Origin: Gammaproteobacteria bacterium | GTDB taxonomy: Bacteria > Pseudomonadota > Gammaproteobacteria > SZUA-229 | Reading direction: 5' to 3' | Assembly (NCBI GenBank): GCA_041589455.1 | Contig: JBFHVQ010000001.1 | Coordinates: 12,793 to 76,792 of the forward strand | Length of the DNA stretch: 64,000 nt | Shown here: positions 19,941 through 28,810 of the stretch, in pieces | Layout of the letters: each line of letters opens with the position of its first letter | Position numbering within the stretch: position 1 is the first letter of the stretch | The notes under the pieces: generated by a model | Told to the model about the DNA's origin: nothing | The model's input: only the letters and a program-made list of their open reading frames with translations | The model's database searches: none | Translations under genes and position numbers: made by a program

Positions 19941-21755
19941 ATGTCCACAACACTTCATACCTATTCCTCTAGTATTAAGCGGTTTTCATTTTATTCATTG
20001 ATAGCCTGGAGCTTGCTTGTTTTGGCTTCTTGCTTCTGGAACATATATCTAATTAGCCAACAGGTATCTTTTTTGGCTGAAAAAGAAGCGCGTGCAAACT
20101 GGAATAAAGATCTGTCGTTCAGGCGTTGGGCGACACGCCACGGGGGTGTGTATGTGAAAGTTGATAATAGAACGAAACCCAGCCCATATCTTTCTCACTT
20201 GAGTCAACGTGATGTAACAACGACAGGTGGTGTGAAACTTACTTTAATGAATCCGGCTTTTATGATGAGTCAAATGACCAGTGAATTTGATGATGACTAT
20301 GGCATTAAAGGAAGTATAACTGGCCAGGTCTTATTGAATCCAGAAAATGCACCTGACAAATGGGAGTTAAAGGCATTAAAGTTATTTGATGAGGGTGTAA
20401 AAGAACTGGTTGAACATAGTGAGATAGATGGTGGTCTGTATCTCCGTCTAATGAAGCCTATGATTATGGAAGAAGGTTGTATGAAGTGTCATGGTCACCT
20501 GGGTTTTAATGTTGGAGACATAAGGGGTGGAATTAGTGTTTCAATACCACTTGAACCTTATATAGATGCATCAAATGAAAATCGATTTTTTATTGTAATA
20601 AGTCATCTGTTTCTATGGCTGGTAGGAGCAGTAACCATATTTGTTTTTCAGAAAATAATGAGTAATAAGGTGGATTTACAATATCAGGCAGAAATTAAAC
20701 TGCAGTCTAATGAGCATGAAAAGCAGCTCATTAAAGATGAGATGCTAGTTAAGCTACAGAAAAGAGACAATGAATTAGTTATTGCAAAAGAAGCAGCAGA
20801 ATTGTTGGCTGAAAGAACCAGATTGCAGTATGACAAGATAAAATCCATAAATACTGATTTGTCGAATGAAGTCGTAGAAAGGAAACGTGTTGAAGAAGAA
20901 TTAAAAGAGCTGAATAAAACCATAGAAGAGAAATCAAGAGTTGCCGCTATAGCTGAGATGTCTAGCGGTATATTGCACAATATAGGGAATGTGCTCAACA
21001 GTATTAGCACATCTGCAACTGTCGTTAGAAGGAATTTTGATGATTCAAGTCTGCAAAAGCTACCGCTTATAGTGGAGCTAATTAATGAGCATAAAGATTC
21101 ATTAGATGATTTTTTAAATAATGATGAAAAAGGGAAGCAGGTTTTGCCTTTTTTGTCGTTATTGTATGATCGGTTGGAGCATGAAAAAAGCCTCGCTTTA
21201 GATGAAATTAGATCTCTACTTGATGATATTGATCATGTTAGAAGTGTTATTAGTATGCAACAAAATTATGCAGGAGGGTATGGAGAAAAAGAAGCTGTTG
21301 ATATTATGCTCCTGATTGAGAACGCTATAAAAACTCAACAACATGAGCTTGATGAAAACAATATAATAATTAAAAAGTTCTATGGCGAATTGGCAGTAGT
21401 TAGTACTTATAAACATAAGTTGCTACAGATTCTGATAAATTTAATTAGTAACGCTAAACATGCAATGATTGACTCGGAATCAGAAGATAATGTCATTTGT
21501 ATTACTGTTACTAATGATGAAAATACGTTATCTATTGAAGTAAGTGATACGGGTGTAGGTATTTCTGGTGATGATTTAGATAGGCTATTTGAATATGGGT
21601 TTACCAAAAAGAAAGGCGGACATGGCTTTGGATTGCATCATAGTATGAATATTGCAAAAGAATTAGGTGGTGATATATCAGTTGCGAGTGATGGGCCAGG
21701 TATGGGTGCAAAATTTACGATAACGATTCCCTTTGAATTTGCTACTTCCAATTAA
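19941..21755 (+). CDS. Sensor histidine kinase with a periplasmic heme-c (DUF3365/Tll0287-like) sensor domain
   Basis: TM1, periplasmic domain with MKCHGH (CxxCH) and GDIRGGISVSIP, TM2, coiled coil, HisKA (SSGILHNIGNVLNSI), HATPase_c (GHGFGLHH..GMGAKFTI). Confidence 0.85.
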   Translation: MSTTLHTYSSSIKRFSFYSLIAWSLLVLASCFWNIYLISQQVSFLAEKEARANWNKDLSFRRWATRHGGVYVKVDNRTKPSPYLSHLSQRDVTTTGGVKLTLMNPAFMMSQMTSEFDDDYGIKGSITGQVLLNPENAPDKWELKALKLFDEGVKELVEHSEIDGGLYLRLMKPMIMEEGCMKCHGHLGFNVGDIRGGISVSIPLEPYIDASNENRFFIVISHLFLWLVGAVTIFVFQKIMSNKVDLQYQAEIKLQSNEHEKQLIKDEMLVKLQKRDNELVIAKEAAELLAERTRLQYDKIKSINTDLSNEVVERKRVEEELKELNKTIEEKSRVAAIAEMSSGILHNIGNVLNSISTSATVVRRNFDDSSLQKLPLIVELINEHKDSLDDFLNNDEKGKQVLPFLSLLYDRLEHEKSLALDEIRSLLDDIDHVRSVISMQQNYAGGYGEKEAVDIMLLIENAIKTQQHELDENNIIIKKFYGELAVVSTYKHKLLQILINLISNAKHAMIDSESEDNVICITVTNDENTLSIEVSDTGVGISGDDLDRLFEYGFTKKKGGHGFGLHHSMNIAKELGGDISVASDGPGMGAKFTITIPFEFATSN

Positions 21756-22083
21756 AAATTGTCTTACTTACTATTGTGTCTAGAATATTTACTCGACTTA
21801 AAATGGAGGTTAGTAGCATTATACAATAATGCTAGCTGTCCTCTTCGCTTCAACAGATTCATAAGTTATTAAAAAATTAAACTGTAGAATTCAAATCTGA
21901 ACTTATGCAAATGAACCTTTTTGCAAATTCTGTCTATACGATATTTAATAGATTACCTGTTTATTACCGTTTGTTTCGATAATTCAAGCCTTGCTATTAT
22001 GTGGGGGAAGATTCTATTAAAGTTGTTTTAAATTTTGAATCAGGTCGTTGCCTGATTCAAAATATATTGGGATAGATTCTGAG

Positions 22084-22953
22084 TTATGCTTTGAGGGCCA
22101 TTGCTGCCATTTTCATTGTGCTTTCAAATGTTTCTGCGCCTGCAATAAATAAACCATTATGGCAGAACATGGCGTCATTTATGCCTGTTACTGCTTTAAG
22201 TTCATTGTCAGATAAACCTGCCCATTCTTTTGGGAGTGATTTTCTATTTTCGAATGAGCCTATTTCTATGGGAACGGTTTGTATTCGCCATTGGCCAGTC
22301 TGCGAAGGGTAAACCATAAATAAGGCCTCTTCCGATAAGGCGTGCACTGTTCTTTTCCATGGTGTGTATTTTTCTAAAACAATTACTCGTGGGTCTTCTG
22401 CAGTTTCAATTGCTTTGGCCACAATCTCTTTTGCGCTAATGCCGCCATTAGCCGAGGCAATAAAGCGTGCTAAAACTCGTGATGCAAATTCAACCGCTTC
22501 ATCAAAACATTCATCAAAGTGACTGTCTTCTTGCCAGGTGGGGTTAAACATAGAAATCGTATGGCTCAGTGTAATGCCTTTGGTAACGCCTTCAACATGA
22601 CCGCAATCGATTGCATCAATAGTAGAAACCAGGCCGCTATCAACAGCAATCGCCACGTCCTTGTTTCCCTGGCATATCTGCAGGCCATATTTTTGCCAGA
22701 TCAGGCCAAATGAAGAATAGGGAATGCCGTTTTCACGTTCACCGGCACCACCCCGTTGGTGATGGTCAAAACGGTCTGTTTCCGGATCATATACACCCCC
22801 AACATCAACCACTACGTCTGCTTTGGCAATTAGCTCTAAATCGCGTGTCCGGATCAGTTTAAATTCAGGGTATATGTACTGAAGTGCTGCGATACTGAAA
22901 ACATCATCTGCATGAAAATTGCCGTTGTGGGTTACTATGGTTTTATCAATCAT
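22084..22953 (-). CDS. MYG1/UPF0160 family metal-dependent phosphoesterase
   Basis: N-terminal THNGNFHADD motif and family length. Confidence 0.75.
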   Translation of the reverse strand: MIDKTIVTHNGNFHADDVFSIAALQYIYPEFKLIRTRDLELIAKADVVVDVGGVYDPETDRFDHHQRGGAGERENGIPYSSFGLIWQKYGLQICQGNKDVAIAVDSGLVSTIDAIDCGHVEGVTKGITLSHTISMFNPTWQEDSHFDECFDEAVEFASRVLARFIASANGGISAKEIVAKAIETAEDPRVIVLEKYTPWKRTVHALSEEALFMVYPSQTGQWRIQTVPIEIGSFENRKSLPKEWAGLSDNELKAVTGINDAMFCHNGLFIAGAETFESTMKMAAMALKA

Positions 22954-23485
22954 ATATCAGTGTCTTGTTAGATGGGGTGATAAGGTGCTGTTAGTCAATC
23001 ATCTATCGATATGGCTAATATCTTGGACTATTTAATAAGCAAAAAAGAAGGCGGATTTTATACGAAATTGACTAACAAAAATAGCGCTATTCTCAATAGA
23101 CTATTTGTCATCTCCTTTAAATCGGTTTATTAGCACGGTAGTTACGGCGAGCCGCTACGAAAATTGAATAGAGGTAAATTAATTAAGCGCTTGACCAGAA
23201 TTATAAGCTCCGCAGTAACTCGATTGTTTAATCATTTGCTTGATGATGTATTGTGATGGTTTACCAGGGTTCAATAACAGAGGAAGTGGAATTGAAGTGT
23301 GAAATCTACTTCCATTCAAAGTCTAAAAAGCAGTGTTTTATGCCTCTTTGAGTATAAAAAAGCTTCAGATAATGAATGTCTCGATAAGTTTGTTAAATCA
23401 GTGTCACCAAATCGGGCTATTTATTCGCTAATATAATAGTAATTGCATTTTTCTTTGTTCGTAGATTACGACAGGTAAGTTTGCT

Positions 23486-26326
23486 ATGGATAACACAGTG
23501 TCTGACACCCAGCCGGAATGTACCGCTTCAGAATTATTACAGGTAATTCAAGTGCTTGTGTCGGAAATTCATCCAGGCCGCCCTTCAATCCAGCATCTCT
23601 CACTGGATAGTCGTTTTGACAAGGATCTGGGCCTGGATAGCCTGTCCCGGGTTGAGTTAATCACACGTGTCGAGAAAACGTTCAAGCTGGCCTTGCCAGA
23701 AGCTACCTATGCGGAAGCCGTATCTGCAAGGGACTTGTTGAGAGCCTTACAGGTATCTAGTTCCCCAAGATCTAGCCTGCATAAAATAGATATAACACAC
23801 GATGATACTTCAACTGATTCACGCATCACACCGGATGATGCAAGCACCTTGATTGATGTGCTGGACTGGCATGTCATTGCGCATCCAGATAAGCCCCATA
23901 TTCAGTTTTATGATGATAGTGGTGACGGGGAAATGATTACCTATGCACAACTGAAAGAACGGGCAGGTCGTGTTGCAGGTGGCCTGCAGCAATTGGGATT
24001 GCAGAAGGCAGAACCAGTGGTGTTGATGTTGCCGAGCAGTGCCGAGTATTTCTATTCATTTATTGGTATTTTACTGGCGGGTGGAATACCCGTGCCCATA
24101 TATCCCCCAGTGCGGTTGAATCAAATTGAAGACCATATGCGCCGTCATGTACGAATTTTAAATAACTGTATGGCGAAAATATTTATTACCGTATCAGAAG
24201 CCATGGCGGTTGCGCATTTACTCAAATCACAGGTACCGAATCTTGAATCAATTATTACAGCAGGTGAGTTGGCATCCAGTACCGCAAGTATGGAATCCCC
24301 AGTAATCAGTGCAAATGATATTGCGTTTTTGCAATATACATCGGGTAGCACAGGCACACCCAAAGGTGTAGTGCTCAGTCATGCTAATCTGCTAGCCAAT
24401 CTTCGTGCCATGGGAGAGGCGGTTGATGCTGGTCCCGATGATGTCTTTGTCAGCTGGTTACCCCTGTATCATGATATGGGGTTGATTGGTTCTTGGTTAG
24501 GCAGTTTATATTTTGCCTCTACCTTCGTGGTGATGTCACCATTGAGCTTCCTCTCAAGGCCGGAGCGATGGTTATGGGCGATTGATCATTACCGTGGCAC
24601 CTTGTCGGCCTCACCTAATTTTGGTTATGAGTTTTGTTTACGTCGTTTGAAAGATGAGGATATCAAGGGGCTTGATCTGAGCTCGTGGCGTGCTGCCTTT
24701 AATGGTGCAGAGCCAGTTAGCCCGGAAACCTTACATAATTTTAGTCAGCGATTTGCCCATTATGGCTTTAAACAGCAGGCAATGATGCCGGTATATGGGC
24801 TTGCGGAATCTTCCGTTGGCCTGGCTTTTCCACCGCTAGAGCGTGGTCCGTTGATTGACCGTGTAGACCGAAATGCATTTATGAAAAGCGGGGTTGCCAG
24901 GCCATCAACAGCAGATGATAAGCTAGCATTAAAATTTGTCTCAAGCGGGCTGCCATTAACTGGTCATCAGATACGAGTTATTGACCCTGCAGGGCACGAA
25001 CTGCCAGAGCGTCATGAAGGTCAGCTGGAGTTCCGCGGGCCATCATCTACCAGTGGTTACTATCGCGACGCACCAAAGACACAGAAGCTGTTTGATGATG
25101 AATGGTTAAATACCGGTGACCTTGCCTATATTGCCAATGGTGAGTTATTTATTACCGGTCGTGTTAAGGACGTTATTATTCGTGCTGGCCGCAATATTTA
25201 TCCCCATGAGCTGGAAGATGCTGTGGGTAACCTTGATGGTATACGTACAGGACGCGTGGCTGTTTTTGGCAGCGAAGACCAGCACAGCAAAACCGAACGA
25301 TTAATCGTTATGGCTGAAACCCGAAGCACAGAAAACAGCGAACATGAAAAACTGCAGCGCGAAATTAACGCACTGTCAACTGACCTTATCGGTTCACCGC
25401 CGGATGAGATTGTATTAGCGCCGCCGGGTTCTGTGCTTAAAACCTCAAGCGGTAAAATACGTCGTACTGCCAGTCGCGAACTGTTTGAAAATGGACAGAT
25501 AGGAAAAAGTCGACCTTCGATTGGATTGCAAATCGTACGACTTACCGCCGCCAGTATACTGCCGCAACTGAGACGTGCCTTGCGTTATTCAAAATCCCTG
25601 TTTTATGCGGGATATTGCTGGTCGATATACAGTGTGCTCGCAATTATTACCTGGTTTACTACGGTGTTTGTACCTAGCTATACATTGCGCTGGTCTATCG
25701 CAAGAGCAAATGCAAAACTCTTCAAGTTACTTACAGGGGTTGCAGTAACTGTTGAAGGGCTGGAAAATATTCCAAGCAGTAATCAGCCTTACGTACTGGT
25801 GTGTAATCATGCCAGTTACCTCGATAGTTATGTGCTGCTTGCCACATTGCCGGGCTATTTTCGTTTTATTGCGAAAGAAGCACTGGCTAAATATTTCTTT
25901 AATCGATTGCCGTTAAAGAATATTCGTACGGAATTTGTAGACCGATTTGATACCGGCAAGGGCATAGAAGACACCAGACGACTCAGTCGCCTGCTTGAAG
26001 AAGGTAATGCGCTGGTGTTTTTTGCAGAAGGTACGTTTACCAGAGTGCCGGGATTGAGGCCATTTCATATGGGCGCTTTTTCAATTGCCGCACAGGCCCA
26101 AGTGCCCGTAATTCCGGTTGCTATTCGTGGCACACGATCAATCTTGCGTGCAGGTTCCTGGTTTCCGCATTATGGTGCCATTCATCTTTCTATTGGTGAG
26201 CCCATAGTTGCAGAAAAAAGTCGTGATGATATCCGACAGGATACATGGCACACTGCGCTTGAATTGCGTAATCAATCCCGTGAATTTATTTTGCGTCATT
26301 GTGGTGAGCCAGATTTAAAATCATAG
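23486..26326 (+). CDS. Tri-domain protein: acyl-carrier domain - fatty acyl-AMP ligase (FAAL) - membrane-anchored PlsC-type lysophospholipid acyltransferase
   Basis: PP-binding LGLDSLSRVEL. FAAL/adenylation motifs YTSGSTGTPKGV and LPLYHDMGL. Hydrophobic segment. LPLAT motifs NHASYLD (HX4D) and FAEGTFTR. Confidence 0.85.
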   Translation: MDNTVSDTQPECTASELLQVIQVLVSEIHPGRPSIQHLSLDSRFDKDLGLDSLSRVELITRVEKTFKLALPEATYAEAVSARDLLRALQVSSSPRSSLHKIDITHDDTSTDSRITPDDASTLIDVLDWHVIAHPDKPHIQFYDDSGDGEMITYAQLKERAGRVAGGLQQLGLQKAEPVVLMLPSSAEYFYSFIGILLAGGIPVPIYPPVRLNQIEDHMRRHVRILNNCMAKIFITVSEAMAVAHLLKSQVPNLESIITAGELASSTASMESPVISANDIAFLQYTSGSTGTPKGVVLSHANLLANLRAMGEAVDAGPDDVFVSWLPLYHDMGLIGSWLGSLYFASTFVVMSPLSFLSRPERWLWAIDHYRGTLSASPNFGYEFCLRRLKDEDIKGLDLSSWRAAFNGAEPVSPETLHNFSQRFAHYGFKQQAMMPVYGLAESSVGLAFPPLERGPLIDRVDRNAFMKSGVARPSTADDKLALKFVSSGLPLTGHQIRVIDPAGHELPERHEGQLEFRGPSSTSGYYRDAPKTQKLFDDEWLNTGDLAYIANGELFITGRVKDVIIRAGRNIYPHELEDAVGNLDGIRTGRVAVFGSEDQHSKTERLIVMAETRSTENSEHEKLQREINALSTDLIGSPPDEIVLAPPGSVLKTSSGKIRRTASRELFENGQIGKSRPSIGLQIVRLTAASILPQLRRALRYSKSLFYAGYCWSIYSVLAIITWFTTVFVPSYTLRWSIARANAKLFKLLTGVAVTVEGLENIPSSNQPYVLVCNHASYLDSYVLLATLPGYFRFIAKEALAKYFFNRLPLKNIRTEFVDRFDTGKGIEDTRRLSRLLEEGNALVFFAEGTFTRVPGLRPFHMGAFSIAAQAQVPVIPVAIRGTRSILRAGSWFPHYGAIHLSIGEPIVAEKSRDDIRQDTWHTALELRNQSREFILRHCGEPDLKS

Positions 26327-26360
26327 TGATATAAGGGTACTGACCCCTTTTGTTCGTTGT

Positions 26361-26696
26361 TCAGACTCCTTTTGTTCGTGGTTTGTACTCGACAGTTGGC
26401 CAGACTTCTTCAATTTCTGTTTTCTGTTGCTCGGCATTAAACTCTTCCCACAAAATTCCATTTACGTCTTTGCTAGTTGTAAATTCTATTGCATTTGATG
26501 ATTCCCACCCTAGATGCCTTAGATTGCCAGGAGAAACTTTTGGGTCATTACGAATAGAAAGATTGACCGTATCAGTGCGCCAAAGCGCATATTCATTCTC
26601 AATGATTACACATGGGGCCATGCCTAGGCGAATAGAATAATCTTTGATGCTTTCAGATATGTTATGTGTTGATAGTGCAATATGAATCCTTTTCAT
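26361..26696 (-). CDS. Hypothetical small protein (possibly VOC-like)
   Basis: 111-aa ORF with protein-like composition. AAAGGA lies 10 nt upstream of ATG. The plus-strand overlapping ORF looks non-coding. Confidence 0.4.
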   Translation of the reverse strand: MKRIHIALSTHNISESIKDYSIRLGMAPCVIIENEYALWRTDTVNLSIRNDPKVSPGNLRHLGWESSNAIEFTTSKDVNGILWEEFNAEQQKTEIEEVWPTVEYKPRTKGV

Positions 26697-27048
26697 CTTT
26701 TAATTCCTTTTTATTTCTAACAGTTAATTAGACAGAAACGTGAAATATTGAATATTTCCCTTTCTGTCTATTCCAATTGTATTTCCACCTGAAATTACGC
26801 ACTTTTCATATGATTTGCAAGTTTGAGTAACAGAAAGTACTGTTATATCTTATAAGAAATGGAATCTTAAACTTCTCGATTTCATGAGTAAATAGTCATT
26901 ACAAACAACAGGATAAGAGGTAATAGTTAATCTGATTTGCTGGTTTGCAGCATATAACCAGCACTATATAAAGGCTGGCTTTACTTTATTTTTAAAGTGA
27001 ATGTGGAAAAGCTGTAGATGAATATTTACAGGCGAAAGGCAGAAATAA

Positions 27049-28779
27049 CTATTTGTATAAACTCTCCAGACCTTCACCCGTTTCACTATTATTCTGCGTT
27101 GCCATAATCTTATCCCCAAATACTTTACAAGCACTCAGCAGCTCGCCACACGCCCATTCTTCAGTCTGGTTTTTATACAGCAAGCTGTTCAACTCCTTAA
27201 TCATCTCACTAAGCGGCGTATCAACTCGTTGTGCCAGTTCCCCCAGTGAATAAACCGGTTCATTGTCAAACAGGGCATTGGCCCAGTAGAGTAGTCCGAC
27301 TTTGCAGGCTTGTGCATCGTTTTTCTGGCAAGCATTTTCCAGTTGTTTGTAGCTGGCTTTAAGTGACGGTGTGTTGGCTTTTTCGGAGGTGTCTGCCGGT
27401 GTGTTTTTGCGTTTCTGTTGCCAGAGTAAAAACAGGGTGACTAACCAGGCCAGTAACAATAGCAGGCTGAGTAGTTTCCAGACCAGACTATCCGATGATG
27501 TTTCAATAACGGTATTAACCGGTGCTGGTTCCGTCTCTGTAATCGTTGTTTCAGGCGTGATGGCTGGGGTAGCGCTCTGGGGTGTTACTGGTTTGCTTAC
27601 GGTGCTTTGAGCGGCTGCTGCGCCGACAGTAAATTCTCGGGCATCGATTTTGGCGATTTCCATTTTGCCAGTTGTCAGGTTCCACCAGGGCACCTGAATT
27701 GCAGGCAGTGTAAAGCGACCTTCTGTTGAGGGGATTAGTGCAACTTTAACTTGCTGAATACCAGTCATGCCATCGGATGTGGGGGTGTTATTTAATACTG
27801 GCTGGTCTGGGTAGAGTTTGAGTCCGGTAATTTCATCGAAGCTAAATTCGGGGAGTTGTGATGCACTTTGGCCATCGGCCAGTATTGAAATTGTGCGGGT
27901 AATGGGTTCGCCCACTTTGAATGTTTTATTCTCGGGGAATTCTTCCACCAGCTGAACTTCTTTGGCGACTAGCCAGTGTTTGCCTTTGAAGTTGTCGGGG
28001 ATGGGTTTGACTTCAATGCTTTTACGTTCGGATGCCCGGCGCACCGTTTTGGTATTGCTACGGAAAGGGTCGTAGTTATTACGGTTATTTAAACTGAGTC
28101 GTGCGGCGGCAATGCTGGGTTCAAAATTCAGCTGGCCACTTTGTTGTGGGTAAATCAGGTGGCGTTGTTCCAGTACTAAATAGGGTTTACCACCGCGTTG
28201 CGTCTGGTACTGATTGACTTCACCCAATGGCTCGCTGGAAATTTCTACACCAGATGTTTTGAGTGGTGAAAACTCATAGCCAGCGATATTTTTTGCTGAG
28301 AGCAGACGCTGAGTCACAATAATTTGAGACTGGGGGTATGCGGTTTCTGTATTCAGTTCCAGCTCTGATATGAGTTCGGCGCCGCTCTGTTGACTGGAGG
28401 CCTGCACCGGCTTAACGGTAATGCGATATTCCGGGCTTTTATCTTTGCCGAAGGCAATTGAGGGAATGTTCAGGGTGCCTTCCTGTAATGCCATTAGTGT
28501 GACATTCCAGCGCTGGTTTTTGGTGTATTCACCATTAATAATGCTGATATTACTGCTGGTGCTTTTGCCCAGCACCTGAAAATCTTTTTCCAGTGGGCTG
28601 AAGTCGGGATCATCGTCAACCGTACCGGATGATTCAAAGGTCAGTGTGAAGGTTTCATTAACTTCGATTTGCGTGCGGTCGATACGCACCTGTATATCCG
28701 CCGCCTTTGCCTGAAATGCCAAAAGCGAGATGTTGATGAAAAATAATAAAATGCTCAGTCGTTGAATCGGTTTTATCAT
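27049..28779 (-). CDS. BatD-like protein
   Basis: Signal peptide, large periplasmic region, single TM near residue 430, C-terminal domain. Last gene of the MoxR/VWA operon. Confidence 0.65.
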   Translation of the reverse strand: MIKPIQRLSILLFFINISLLAFQAKAADIQVRIDRTQIEVNETFTLTFESSGTVDDDPDFSPLEKDFQVLGKSTSSNISIINGEYTKNQRWNVTLMALQEGTLNIPSIAFGKDKSPEYRITVKPVQASSQQSGAELISELELNTETAYPQSQIIVTQRLLSAKNIAGYEFSPLKTSGVEISSEPLGEVNQYQTQRGGKPYLVLEQRHLIYPQQSGQLNFEPSIAAARLSLNNRNNYDPFRSNTKTVRRASERKSIEVKPIPDNFKGKHWLVAKEVQLVEEFPENKTFKVGEPITRTISILADGQSASQLPEFSFDEITGLKLYPDQPVLNNTPTSDGMTGIQQVKVALIPSTEGRFTLPAIQVPWWNLTTGKMEIAKIDAREFTVGAAAAQSTVSKPVTPQSATPAITPETTITETEPAPVNTVIETSSDSLVWKLLSLLLLLAWLVTLFLLWQQKRKNTPADTSEKANTPSLKASYKQLENACQKNDAQACKVGLLYWANALFDNEPVYSLGELAQRVDTPLSEMIKELNSLLYKNQTEEWACGELLSACKVFGDKIMATQNNSETGEGLESLYK

Positions 28780-28810
28780 TGTTTAATTTTACTCTATATA
28801 CGGATGAGTG

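Noticed and set aside
22037-22066. 10-bp-stem hairpin ttgaatcagg..cctgattcaa between the convergent kinase and MYG1 genes
   Set aside because: No T-run on either side, so not called as a terminator. May still contribute to termination.
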